A stretch of 64,000 nt of DNA from IMG/VR virus record IMGVR_UViG_3300028146_000009, positions 25,850 to 89,849 of that record; one strand, given 5' to 3'. The notes below the pieces were generated by a model. It was not told where the DNA came from. It saw nothing but the letters and a program-made list of their open reading frames with translations, and did no database searches. Positions within the stretch are counted from its first letter, which is position 1. Each line of letters starts with the position of its first letter. This DNA is from a virus (Duplodnaviria > Heunggongvirae > Uroviricota > Caudoviricetes). Of this stretch, positions 49,720 through 59,300 are shown piece by piece. The position numbers and the translations under genes were made by a program.

Positions 49720-50091
49720 TTACCTACGTTTGGTATTAAGATTTGCGTACATTGTACCGGTGCCACTTGTGGGGGTATAAACTAATCGAATCCAAGTAAA
49801 GCCTGGTAAATCATAATTAACCATATAAGTTCCAGCTTCAGTAATATTTGTTACAGTTTTTGGAATTATAGTCCAGTTTGTGGGATTTTGTGCGGAACTA
49901 GCAACTACATCATTTGATGCTTCAAGTTCAACAACACCTACAGGACTTCCAGTAAAAGATGCCTGAACTGAAAAAGTAACACCTTCGTCGATATTTTTAT
50001 AAAGAGAAGTAATTAGTGTTGACATATCCCCGCTAACACCGCTACTACCACCTACTATATCAATTGTGCCCAAATGTACTGGCAAAGCCAT
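49720..50091 (-). CDS. hypothetical structural protein
   Basis: 123 aa. Confidence 0.4.
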   Translation of the reverse strand: MALPVHLGTIDIVGGSSGVSGDMSTLITSLYKNIDEGVTFSVQASFTGSPVGVVELEASNDVVASSAQNPTNWTIIPKTVTNITEAGTYMVNYDLPGFTWIRLVYTPTSGTGTMYANLNTKRR

Positions 50092-50094
50092 AAC

Positions 50095-50295
50095 TTACAC
50101 CACTATTCCTTTAAAGTTTTTTATATTTTTATCTTGTTCATCTATATATTTTCTTGGATCTTTTGAAGCTTTATGCATTGAAAGACTAATTCCTTTTAAT
50201 GCTTTTCGCATCTTACCGAATTTCTTAGGTTTTTCATCCGCGTAGGAATCTTTAAGAATTGGTTTCATTGAAGTAAAAGTATTTGCAGAATCCAT
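50095..50295 (-). CDS. hypothetical small basic protein
   Basis: 66 aa. Confidence 0.35.
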   Translation of the reverse strand: MDSANTFTSMKPILKDSYADEKPKKFGKMRKALKGISLSMHKASKDPRKYIDEQDKNIKNFKGIVV

Positions 50296-50322
50296 TTAAA
50301 CCTCTTATTATTAAGTTATTAA

Positions 50323-53300
50323 TTAAGGCTTCACGTTGCCCATTTGAGATTGTTGCAGCGCTGGGTTCGCCAAGAGCCCAGCCTTCACGACCGCAGGCTT
50401 TGGAAGACCTTCATTTTTGATCCCTGGCCCGGTCATTTGATTCACACCTTTAGGAGCGCCCGCGCCAGGTTGCAACATAGGTGCTGCTGGAGCGCCTTGT
50501 AATGAAGCCTGGGGGGGATTCTGAGGTGGTGGAGGATTTGGTTGTCCACCGGGGGGATTAGGATTATTAGGCTGAAGTGGAGGTAAGGGTTGTTCTCCGC
50601 GCATTTGTAAAAGGGCGGGATCCGTTTGTCTTAAAGCATTTAAATGAGCTTCAATGTGATCCATAACATTACTAATAAAGGCAGGATCATTCCTTAAATC
50701 AGGATCTGCTAAAACTGCTGAATGTTCATCAATATGAACACTATGTTTATCCATAGGACTTACAACTGGATTAATGCCATCTAATAATTGCTCATTTTCT
50801 TTCTTAATAAGCATTAAATCATCAGTTTCACCTTCATACATAGCTTCAATTCGGCCAGTATTAATAACTTGGAAATATTGCTGAGGATTCTTAATAATTT
50901 TCATTTGCATCATTTGTTCTGCCATTTGAACTCGGCCTGCAATTGTATTATGAGTTACAGTAAAATCACCCAAAACAAAATGGGGTTCTTCAACTAAAGT
51001 GAAACCATAATAAGTTCCTTCACCAACTAAAGTGACTTTAATTCCATAATTAAGCCAATCACGACTTTTTTCTTTTTTCTGAACTTGTTTTCTAGGAAGT
51101 TTACAAGGAATTTCCCAAGTATTTCCACCAATTGTTATTTTATTAACTTCTCCTGTAATAGGGCCAGTTAATTTACTAGAACTTGTTGAAACTTTTTTGG
51201 AAGTAGTTCTAAATCCTAAAGATTCAGATAAAAATACAACTTCTTGTGAAAGCCGATCATTTTTTTGAGTAAAAACATAAGTTTCATCAATTCTATAACC
51301 ATCGGTATCAATTAAACCTGCCAATAGATCCAAACGATCTTTACGAGAAGAAAGCAAATAACATGATGGAATATGTTTATTATTAATTAATTCCATAGAT
51401 CTTAATTCATTCATAAAAGAATTTCGATCAGAAGGACCATGGGATTTACCAGAAGTAATGTGATAGTTTTTAGATTTATTAGGTTGTCGATTTTCTTCAA
51501 CTCTAACTTCTAATCCCAATGAATGACCATAATTAATCCAAGCATCAGCTAATTCATTATCCATGGTTGTCAATGCGGTTGTTCTAGAGGTTCCATCACC
51601 AAGCCAAGCCCCTAAAATATAAGCAGGAACTTCGAATTTCTTTTTATCAAATTCAACTCCAGTTTTAAACCCTTGTAACAATCTTTTATGTCTATCGGGA
51701 AGTTTTAAATAATCTCTAACTGTAATATCTAAAATATCACCTTTTTTAACATCATAACGATAATCATCCGAACAATATTTTAATGTTAAAATATGACTTT
51801 CATTACAACCATATTTAATTTTTCTATTAGGATCTTTAGATTCAACTTCATACATCATTTCCTGGCCACTATTAACATTTGAAACTGTCCGAGGAATTGA
51901 ATCTGGTCCCATAACTAAATCATTAATTTTAACATCTTGAACCAGTTTAATAGATCCATCGTACATTAAAACCGGTGTATCCTTAGCCAAACACCGAGCT
52001 AAAGGATTACCCATATCAACTACAACGCGATTAACTGCTGAGATTTTTTCTCCAGTAAATTCTTTAGTTAAATTTCTATTATTTTTTCCAACTAAAGTAA
52101 TCATTTTAGGAGTATTTGCAAAATCTTTAAGAATTTGAATAGTACCAGTGCCCACTTCTTCAATTAATTTTACATAATTTGCTTGAAGACCTGAAATAAA
52201 TTGAAGGGCTTGAGATTGAACTAAAGCTAAGGCAGTTCCTGATTTTAAACTCGCTTCAGGATTACCGCGTGCGACTGAATTTACACCTGAAATAGTTTCA
52301 GAAGCCTGAATTAACATATCAAGGAATTTAAATACTTCAGCGGGAGTTTGAGTTAAATTTAAAGCTTCGGGTTTTGCTTTAGATTTAATAACATTCATTC
52401 CACCTTTGAGGCTTGCAACTTGTATATCAGCATCTTCTGGCATCCAAATATTTTGCACACCAAAAGTGTTTTGATTAGTCATAATTGTGGAATAAAGAGC
52501 ATTGATACCTTCCTGAATAGGATAAATATCAAACATTGGACTATAACCATAAGGTGTTCCTAAAATATCATTAGGAGTAATTCTATAAACGGGAATTTCA
52601 CGATAAGGCATTTTAGCATCTAAAAATACACATTCAGCATCACAAAATAACATATAACGGCCATTAGGCATACTTTCTGTAACTTTATGAAAAAATTCAT
52701 AAATTGCAATATCATCAGTATCATCATTAGACCAAACTGCAATTCTATAGACACTGGATTGATTTTTAGGTTTCATTCCGCGAATTTTTTCAGCAAATTC
52801 TGGATATTTAGCCATTAAATCATATTTATTAATCCATTGGCGGGTAAGAATCCAATCATTATTCCAAGACTCTTTAGTTCCATCAACAACAACATCTAAA
52901 GGACTTAAAGTACAATATTCTAATTCACCATCACGAATAGGTTGATTTGTTTCAGGATCAACATCATAAATCTCGCCAGCAGTTGCATTCCAGGCAAGTT
53001 TTACATATCCCTGGCCCATAACAATAGCCATTTCGGTGGCACTTTTAATACAATCTTCTAACTTTTTCTCGCGCATGTAATAATCAAGAATTTGATTAGC
53101 AAGAATTGTTTGGGCATAAGATTTATAGTCAGTATTAATAGCCCTGGCATCCATTGTAGGCCTGGAAGAAGTGATCATTGTATAAATATGTTGGGCTAAG
53201 TTCCTATAATGATTAATAGGAATTTGAGTTAATTCTCCTTGTTCCCCAGTAAAATTAACCCGGTGACCATTACCCACGTAATCATTAAGATAAGCTCCAT

Positions 53301-53475
53301 AATAGAATCTCCATTGATTTTGCAGTTTGTCTAAATAATTATTGCTGCGCAGAACATTAAAAAATGTATCAGCTTTCCCAAGTAAAATACTAGCTGCATC
53401 GTTACAGTCTTTAGCAGCAAAGTAGGAATCAGTGCTTCCAACTACCGTATCATCTGGACCATGAATATCTGCCAT
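50323..53475 (-). CDS. portal protein precursor interrupted by an intein (exteins about 701 aa)
   Basis: Immediately downstream of terminase. Carries an in-frame Hint/LAGLIDADG element. Proline-rich C-terminus. Confidence 0.6.
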   Translation of the reverse strand: MADIHGPDDTVVGSTDSYFAAKDCNDAASILLGKADTFFNVLRSNNYLDKLQNQWRFYYGAYLNDYVGNGHRVNFTGEQGELTQIPINHYRNLAQHIYTMITSSRPTMDARAINTDYKSYAQTILANQILDYYMREKKLEDCIKSATEMAIVMGQGYVKLAWNATAGEIYDVDPETNQPIRDGELEYCTLSPLDVVVDGTKESWNNDWILTRQWINKYDLMAKYPEFAEKIRGMKPKNQSSVYRIAVWSNDDTDDIAIYEFFHKVTESMPNGRYMLFCDAECVFLDAKMPYREIPVYRITPNDILGTPYGYSPMFDIYPIQEGINALYSTIMTNQNTFGVQNIWMPEDADIQVASLKGGMNVIKSKAKPEALNLTQTPAEVFKFLDMLIQASETISGVNSVARGNPEASLKSGTALALVQSQALQFISGLQANYVKLIEEVGTGTIQILKDFANTPKMITLVGKNNRNLTKEFTGEKISAVNRVVVDMGNPLARCLAKDTPVLMYDGSIKLVQDVKINDLVMGPDSIPRTVSNVNSGQEMMYEVESKDPNRKIKYGCNESHILTLKYCSDDYRYDVKKGDILDITVRDYLKLPDRHKRLLQGFKTGVEFDKKKFEVPAYILGAWLGDGTSRTTALTTMDNELADAWINYGHSLGLEVRVEENRQPNKSKNYHITSGKSHGPSDRNSFMNELRSMELINNKHIPSCYLLSSRKDRLDLLAGLIDTDGYRIDETYVFTQKNDRLSQEVVFLSESLGFRTTSKKVSTSSSKLTGPITGEVNKITIGGNTWEIPCKLPRKQVQKKEKSRDWLNYGIKVTLVGEGTYYGFTLVEEPHFVLGDFTVTHNTIAGRVQMAEQMMQMKIIKNPQQYFQVINTGRIEAMYEGETDDLMLIKKENEQLLDGINPVVSPMDKHSVHIDEHSAVLADPDLRNDPAFISNVMDHIEAHLNALRQTDPALLQMRGEQPLPPLQPNNPNPPGGQPNPPPPQNPPQASLQGAPAAPMLQPGAGAPKGVNQMTGPGIKNEGLPKPAVVKAGLLANPALQQSQMGNVKP
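50947..51993 (-). mobile_element. intein with double-motif LAGLIDADG homing endonuclease (aa 495-843 of portal ORF)
   Basis: N-terminal splice junction ...NPLAR/CLAKDTPVLMYDG. C-terminal junction ...GDFTVTHN/T. Two LAGLIDADG motifs, ILGAWLGDGTS and LLAGLIDTDGY. Confidence 0.75.
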
Positions 53476-54963
53476 TTAAAACCTCTTTCTATTAAAGCCG
53501 AAAATTGCTTTTAATTTATCAATGTCTGTATTATTTCTTTTTTCAAAAGATTCTTTATCTCTTACAACTAATCCAACCATATTAAGATCATAATTTGCTG
53601 GATAAGGATTTTTTCTAAATTCAATATGCCGCGCCAAATAAATTAAAGCAGCAACTGTATCATAATGAGATCCATCTGAAGATCTTGCAAATTTATCTTT
53701 ATTTTTATTCCATTTCACATTATTTAAATGACGAATCAAAGTTTTGCAGCGCGGGTGAATAATAATTTTTTTAGAAGCAATTAAAACACGCACGTTATTA
53801 ACTGCAGCCTCTAAATTATCTTTTTTTGCTAAAGAAAAATTAATCCATTGTTCTGATTTAAAAAGCATTTTACTTTGTTGAGAAATTTCATTTATGAATA
53901 AATAATCTGTATCACTAACTCTTTGGTAAGGTTTTCTATATTCTAAAGTAATAGGATTAGTCCAAAGTTCTTTTTCTTTTTTATTAATTTCTTCAACTAA
54001 AGTTTTTGTATGAACATCTTCTTGTTGGAAATCTAAAACTGTTTCATCTTCAATAATTACTTTATTGGCCCTGAAATCATAATATGCATAAAGAACTGCA
54101 GTCCAATCTTTTCCACCAACATCCATAGATTCATAAGCATCAAAATAAGGAGGTTTTGGCCATTCCCTAACAATTTCTTTTTCTAATTTTTCATTAAATT
54201 CAGGTATAACTGATGTTCTGGCATTTTTAATAATTTCACAAAATAATTCACGCCTACATTCTTCAGAATCAATTCCACCCAATTCTTCAATTAAATCTAA
54301 TTTTTGTTGCTGAGTAATTCTAGGATTATCATCAATTGTTTTTTTAATTAAAGAACCTTTAGCCTGAGCTTCTTCAATACATTTTAAAAAATCATGTTCA
54401 GACTCTTTAGGAGGAGTGGAGGCTAAGATTCCCCGTCCTTTTGTGATAAGAGTCGTCGGTAATAAAATACTCTTGATAATATTATCAAGATCACTACAGG
54501 TACCGGCTTCATCAATAAAAAATAAATCACTATCAGTACCTCGTAAATTTTCAGCATGGCCACCATCAGAACCAGCTAATTGAATCTCAGAACCATTAGG
54601 AAAATAATAAATATTATCTGAAGGTCTAAACTCTGGAGAAATTTCTTCAGGACAATCTTGAAGTATCTGGCGAAAAATTGGTCTTACAACAGTTTTAATT
54701 TGCTTCTGAGTTGGAGCAACAAATTTTACAATACTATTTTGTTTTCGAAGACATTGTTCCAAAGCTAAAATGCAAAGCAGAAAAGTTTTTCCATTTCTAC
54801 GGCTTAAAAGCCAAGTAGAAAGTTTATGCTTTGAATTATAAAAGGCATGATAAAGTTCCTTTTGGGCAGAATCAAGCTTAAAACTAAGCTCAGATCTTCT
54901 CCAGAGTTCTTTTAATGCTGCTTTTTTTGCTAATTCTGAATTACTTTGATTTTCCACTATCAT
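53476..54963 (-). CDS. terminase large subunit (T4 gp17-like)
   Basis: Walker A LSRRNGKTF (gp17 has SRQLGKT). Walker B DLFFIDEAG. C-terminal nuclease-type region. Confidence 0.85.
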   Translation of the reverse strand: MIVENQSNSELAKKAALKELWRRSELSFKLDSAQKELYHAFYNSKHKLSTWLLSRRNGKTFLLCILALEQCLRKQNSIVKFVAPTQKQIKTVVRPIFRQILQDCPEEISPEFRPSDNIYYFPNGSEIQLAGSDGGHAENLRGTDSDLFFIDEAGTCSDLDNIIKSILLPTTLITKGRGILASTPPKESEHDFLKCIEEAQAKGSLIKKTIDDNPRITQQQKLDLIEELGGIDSEECRRELFCEIIKNARTSVIPEFNEKLEKEIVREWPKPPYFDAYESMDVGGKDWTAVLYAYYDFRANKVIIEDETVLDFQQEDVHTKTLVEEINKKEKELWTNPITLEYRKPYQRVSDTDYLFINEISQQSKMLFKSEQWINFSLAKKDNLEAAVNNVRVLIASKKIIIHPRCKTLIRHLNNVKWNKNKDKFARSSDGSHYDTVAALIYLARHIEFRKNPYPANYDLNMVGLVVRDKESFEKRNNTDIDKLKAIFGFNRKRF

Positions 54964-55321
54964 CTTTTAAATACTTAATAATATCTTCAGGTTTAGAAAC
55001 TACATATTTTTGTCCATTTTTATGAACAATAAATCCATTAGCAACTTTTTCTACTTTAATTTCATAATTAGGTTCAGAAATATATTGAGGATAAGTATAG
55101 TAATAATAGCTACCAAGTCCACCTAAACAGTTTTGTGTAATTCCCATACCAGAATTGATTGTTATAGTTCCAGATATTCCCTGTGCTTCTAAACTATTTG
55201 CCCCACCTTGATATTGATGATTATAATAAGCTTGGGCTTGACTTACTCCTGATCCATTTTGTTCACTAATTGATTGATTAGGCATTGAGTTTTGTGCCAA
55301 TTGATAAACATTATTATTCAT
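54941..55321 (-). CDS. hypothetical protein
   Basis: 126 aa. Overlaps the terminase start by 23 nt. Confidence 0.35.
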   Translation of the reverse strand: MNNNVYQLAQNSMPNQSISEQNGSGVSQAQAYYNHQYQGGANSLEAQGISGTITINSGMGITQNCLGGLGSYYYYTYPQYISEPNYEIKVEKVANGFIVHKNGQKYVVSKPEDIIKYLKDDSGKSK

Positions 55322-55730
55322 TCTTTTTTCCTTCTACTATTTTAAGTAAATCTTTTGTGGGAGTTTCTTCAACTTCTTTTTCCATTGGAAGTTTTGATTT
55401 TATATTATTTAAAATTTTATAATAAGTATCAAAACGTCTAGATTCTTCTAAAGTTAAATCTCGTTCTTGTGTATAATTTTTTAATTTAGCAATTTCTACT
55501 AAGCAAATATATTCACTATCTTCTTCAGCGGTAACTTTTACACCCGGAAGTTGTGAACTAATATTAGGAACTGTTGATTTTAATAATTCTTCTGAATGTT
55601 TTAATTTTGATTCTAAAGTTTGAATCTTTTTTGATAATTGCAAAATCGTTGTATTTTGAGCAACAGCAAATTCCTGAAGGCTCTTAAAGTCCCGATATTG
55701 AGCGATAGATTTTGGAATTTCATCATTCAT
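55314..55730 (-). CDS. coiled-coil protein (possible small terminase subunit)
   Basis: 138 aa, helical. Lies upstream of TerL in the packaging block. Confidence 0.3.
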   Translation of the reverse strand: MNDEIPKSIAQYRDFKSLQEFAVAQNTTILQLSKKIQTLESKLKHSEELLKSTVPNISSQLPGVKVTAEEDSEYICLVEIAKLKNYTQERDLTLEESRRFDTYYKILNNIKSKLPMEKEVEETPTKDLLKIVEGKKNE

Positions 55731-56059
55731 TATTTAGCCTGACTAAAACCATTACGGGTAAGTGAATTAATCTTTAAAGCATTAATTTGTGCTTTAATAG
55801 ATTCAACTTCATTAACTCTTAATTCAAATTTTTGCACTGCTTCATTTAATTTTTTATCCAAAGAATTATTAGCTACTTCAATTTTTTTATCTAATTCTTG
55901 AATTTTAGAATCTGAATCTTTATACAGAAAAAAGCACGAAGCAGCAGCAAGCACTGCTAAAATGACAGCTTCTGGATAACTTACTGAAAAAATAAGGGCT
56001 TTAAGAAAATAGATACCAAAAAGAGATAACGGTAAATACTTGAGGTTTTTCTCTAACAT
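55730..56059 (-). CDS. membrane-anchored coiled-coil protein
   Basis: N-terminal TM LSLFGIYFLKALIFSVSYPEAVILAVLAAASCFF, then a coiled coil. Confidence 0.4.
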   Translation of the reverse strand: MLEKNLKYLPLSLFGIYFLKALIFSVSYPEAVILAVLAAASCFFLYKDSDSKIQELDKKIEVANNSLDKKLNEAVQKFELRVNEVESIKAQINALKINSLTRNGFSQAK

Positions 56060-56153
56060 TTTTACTCCTAATTGTTTAAAAAAATGTCCTATATTGCTGT
56101 AAACTGCTGGTTAGTAACCTATTGCCGTAAAAACGGCAGTCAGTATTAGCTCA

Positions 56154-56183
56154 TTGACAATATAAGTTGTTAAATGCTAAAAT
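56154..56183 (+). promoter_or_regulatory. sigma70-like promoter TTGACA-18-TAAAAT upstream of 56330..56725
   Basis: Consensus -35 at 56154-56159 and -10 at 56178-56183. The spacer contains the AGTTGTTAAA motif. Confidence 0.35.
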
Positions 56184-56329
56184 ACTGAAATCCTGGGCAA
56201 ACTAACAACTTATGAAGTGAACATAAAGAACTCATGTCTATGTAAAATATGCGGAACTGTAATGGATTTTTTTGACATGAATCGATGGTTAAAATGTCGC
56301 GGATGCGGCTACTGTGAGCGAGTTGAAAA

Positions 56330-56725
56330 ATGAAATTAACTAGAAATGAAATTGGAGCTAATGGATGTTTTGGAATTTTAACTGATAATTCTGGAAATCA
56401 AATAGCAGTAACTACTGAGCATTCTTATTTACAACCCGATGGATCTTATGTGCCGAAAACACCGGCTGGAACTTATACTTGCATAAAAGGAAAACATACC
56501 TTAGAACATCACCCGGTCCCATTTGATGCTTTTGAAATTACAAACGTGCCCAATCATACCCAAATTTTACTACATATTGGAAACTATCCGCAGGTTGATA
56601 GTAATGGGTGTGTGCTTTTAGGGGAAAAAAGAGTTGGAGATATGATAACTAATTCGAAAATAATATTTCTTAATTTTATGAATGCGATGTCTACTACTGA
56701 TTCATTTCAATTAATTATTAGCTAA
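56330..56725 (+). CDS. putative L,D-transpeptidase-fold (YkuD-like) protein
   Basis: LHIGNYPQVDSNGCVLLG resembles the YkuD catalytic His...(S/T)xGC(V/I)xL motif. A lone plus-strand gene. Confidence 0.3.
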   Translation: MKLTRNEIGANGCFGILTDNSGNQIAVTTEHSYLQPDGSYVPKTPAGTYTCIKGKHTLEHHPVPFDAFEITNVPNHTQILLHIGNYPQVDSNGCVLLGEKRVGDMITNSKIIFLNFMNAMSTTDSFQLIIS

Positions 56726-56914
56726 ATTATTATCCATACTTGAAATTAAAACATTATTATTTTCCCAAATTTTAATAAATGGACATTGATTTTCTTTTAA
56801 TTCAATATTAAAAAATGCACCATTTGTGGGAGATAAACATTTAGGGGTCCCCGATAAATCATTTACAAAAACTAATTGAGATTCACCTGTATCATTAAAG
56901 AAATATACTTTCAT
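56711..56914 (-). CDS. hypothetical protein
   Basis: 67 aa. Confidence 0.3.
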   Translation of the reverse strand: MKVYFFNDTGESQLVFVNDLSGTPKCLSPTNGAFFNIELKENQCPFIKIWENNNVLISSMDNNLANN

Positions 56915-57570
56915 TTCTGATACTCCACAATAGTTATACCATTAGTCGGACAATAAATCTCATCACAAATAGCGCAATTATAGAATGACTTTCCAAATAA
57001 ATGTTTCTGCTGACCGCCGGGATGATGTATGTGCCCGAAAAAATGCAAATCCAAATCTTTTAATTCCTTAATTCTTTCTAAAAGTCTAGGACACCCTAAA
57101 AATCCAGGTCTAAGATCACCATTGGCATAAGTAGTTTGATCTAAAATTCCATATGGAGGTCCGTGTGTTACAAGAATATTTATATCATCTGGAATTGCAT
57201 TCCAATGTTTTATAATTTCAAATGAATTCCTATTCCAGGCCCAATCATTAAATTCGGGCTGAACCGGCGATCCCCAAATTTTAATCCCATCAATTTCATA
57301 ACCTGAGTCACAAAGATATTCTATGCCATTATCAATACACATTTGTTTCATAAGATTTGGATTTTCCTCTGAAAGCAAATCATGATTCCCAGCAATTAGT
57401 ATAATTTTTTTAAATTGATCTTTATATTTTTTTAATTCATTAAGTTCTTTAGCAATTTCTTGAATTGATCCTCTATTTGTTAAATCTCCAGAATGTATTA
57501 AAATATCTCCATATGGTAACTTAATTTTATTTAATTGACAATGTGTATCTGAAATTGCAATTATTTTCAT
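56911..57570 (-). CDS. calcineurin-like metallophosphoesterase
   Basis: Motifs DTH, GDLTNRG, GNHD, VTHGPP and GHIHH. Confidence 0.7.
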   Translation of the reverse strand: MKIIAISDTHCQLNKIKLPYGDILIHSGDLTNRGSIQEIAKELNELKKYKDQFKKIILIAGNHDLLSEENPNLMKQMCIDNGIEYLCDSGYEIDGIKIWGSPVQPEFNDWAWNRNSFEIIKHWNAIPDDINILVTHGPPYGILDQTTYANGDLRPGFLGCPRLLERIKELKDLDLHFFGHIHHPGGQQKHLFGKSFYNCAICDEIYCPTNGITIVEYQK

Positions 57571-58166
57571 TAGGTATTTCTATACATTACTAAATTATTC
57601 GGCCATGCTATGAATTCATTATATGAACTATCTGATTTAGCTGAATTACATCTAAAACAACAAGAAACACAATTAGCCACTGTATAACCTAAGTTTGAAT
57701 CTTTTCTATCAATACCATTATATTTAATCGTATAATCATCAATTTTAGAAAGACAATATACAGTTCCTTTAGTATACTTTCTATTACGAGAAATTAAATT
57801 ATAAGTATTTGATGGTGGAGTATTACAATAATGACAATTGGATTTAAATAATTTAATTGCTTCATCAAAAGTTAAACTAAATTCACGTCCGGCCATTTTG
57901 GCATGAGCCTTATAATTAGATACTTTAGCTCTATAAGACGATATTTCTGGAGAATATTTAGTTGATTTTCTTTTTTCAATAAATCTTGAACAACCACAAG
58001 ATTTAGCTTTTTTATTTAATAATGCATCGGCTTGTATATTTTTTCTAATATTCCCACATTCACATTTACATGAATATAATCTACCATTTTTTGTTCCGAT
58101 TTTAGTAAACTTATGTGTTATTTCTAGTACCGTTAATTTATAAAATTTATCACCAATATTAATCAT
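57570..58166 (-). CDS. Cys-rich HNH-like endonuclease/zinc-binding protein
   Basis: CKCECG, CGCS, CHYCN and DRKDSNLGYTVANCVSCCFRCNSAK (HNH-like N..N..C..C). Confidence 0.4.
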   Translation of the reverse strand: MINIGDKFYKLTVLEITHKFTKIGTKNGRLYSCKCECGNIRKNIQADALLNKKAKSCGCSRFIEKRKSTKYSPEISSYRAKVSNYKAHAKMAGREFSLTFDEAIKLFKSNCHYCNTPPSNTYNLISRNRKYTKGTVYCLSKIDDYTIKYNGIDRKDSNLGYTVANCVSCCFRCNSAKSDSSYNEFIAWPNNLVMYRNT

Positions 58167-58366
58167 TGTTTTTTAGTAACGTACTTTCCTTTTATATGAT
58201 CAATAAAATGTTTTCCATGAGATTTAGCATTTTCAAATGATTTATGAACAGCTTCTGGAACTCCATGGTAATGATATTTTGTTCCATCATTAAAATTTAC
58301 TTCTAAAACTTTAGTTTTTGAATCATAATGAATTAAATTTATATTACTAGAAATTACTTTTTTCAT
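58163..58366 (-). CDS. KTSC-domain protein
   Basis: IHYDSKTKVLEVNFNDGTKYHYHGVPEAVHKSFENAKSHGKHF matches the KTSC consensus. Confidence 0.5.
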   Translation of the reverse strand: MKKVISSNINLIHYDSKTKVLEVNFNDGTKYHYHGVPEAVHKSFENAKSHGKHFIDHIKGKYVTKKQ

Positions 58367-58596
58367 TTTTTCAAATTCAACAATCTAAGTTTTTCTTCCG
58401 TATACGGAAGAATCTCATCTAAAAATAAAGCTTTAGCAAAACTATTTGTAGACTTCATCCAATCTAAAAGTAGATCATTTAAATATTTATCTTCTTCGGC
58501 AATTTTAGCAGCATCCCAAACTAATGAAGCATTTACAAAAGGATCAGTTAGAATTTCGTCACGAATAATAGAAAGTTGTTCAAATTTGTTCACCAT
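58363..58596 (-). CDS. hypothetical protein
   Basis: 77 aa. Confidence 0.3.
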   Translation of the reverse strand: MVNKFEQLSIIRDEILTDPFVNASLVWDAAKIAEEDKYLNDLLLDWMKSTNSFAKALFLDEILPYTEEKLRLLNLKK

Positions 58597-58795
58597 CTGA
58601 AACTCCTTTACGTTTGGATTTCATATGTTCTTTCAAACGAATTTGCATACAATTATGGCATTCCGAACCATTCCAAAGTCCGCCTTCAGCATCACGAAAT
58701 TTTTTTAATTTACCCGCTTTAAAAAGCCCATCTGGAATTCGATCTTTAATAATTTTGCAGGTTTTACAAATACGTTTATCCATAATTATCTCCAA
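58580..58795 (-). CDS. zinc-finger protein
   Basis: CKTCK...CHNC. Confidence 0.35.
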   Translation of the reverse strand: MEIIMDKRICKTCKIIKDRIPDGLFKAGKLKKFRDAEGGLWNGSECHNCMQIRLKEHMKSKRKGVSDGEQI

Positions 58796-58891
58796 TATAT
58801 TTCAAAAATTGACCAACCACAATAAATTACTAGTTCACCTTCTGAAAGAGAAATCCATAAGCCAATAGCTTTTGTTGCTGCATGATATTTA

Positions 58892-59098
58892 TTAAATTTC
58901 ATCTTTATGCCAACAATCTGGACAAAGTCCTGAAGATTTAACAAAAGGTAAGATAAAAGTATAATTAACTCTATTATTACAACTCAAGCATTTATACCCT
59001 TGATTTTGAAGATTTAGACCTTCGAGGGTTTTTTCGTGGGCTTTTTTTAATTCTTCCATTTCCCGATCTTGTTCTGGATTTCGCTTTTGGTCTGACAT
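58892..59098 (-). CDS. Cys-rich small protein (overlaps 58992..59300 in another frame)
   Basis: CLSCNN...CPDCWH. Confidence 0.3.
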   Translation of the reverse strand: MSDQKRNPEQDREMEELKKAHEKTLEGLNLQNQGYKCLSCNNRVNYTFILPFVKSSGLCPDCWHKDEI

Positions 59099-59300
59099 TT
59101 AATGCTTTTTCCATTTCTTTTTTAGTAAATTCTGAGAAACAATTAATTGAACAATAAACTCGCGAGGCTAAAAAATAGTAACCAGTTCCATAACTATCAC
59201 CAGCCTTTGCCGCACAAACATAACATTTATCAACATCCACACTACTTCCTTTTGTTAAAAATTTTAACCGGCACCATCGCAGCATCTTCATAATCGACAT
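58992..59300 (-). CDS. Cys-rich protein with basic tail
   Basis: CYVCAAK...CSINC. C-terminal K/R-rich tail. Confidence 0.3.
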   Translation of the reverse strand: MSIMKMLRWCRLKFLTKGSSVDVDKCYVCAAKAGDSYGTGYYFLASRVYCSINCFSEFTKKEMEKALNVRPKAKSRTRSGNGRIKKSPRKNPRRSKSSKSRV

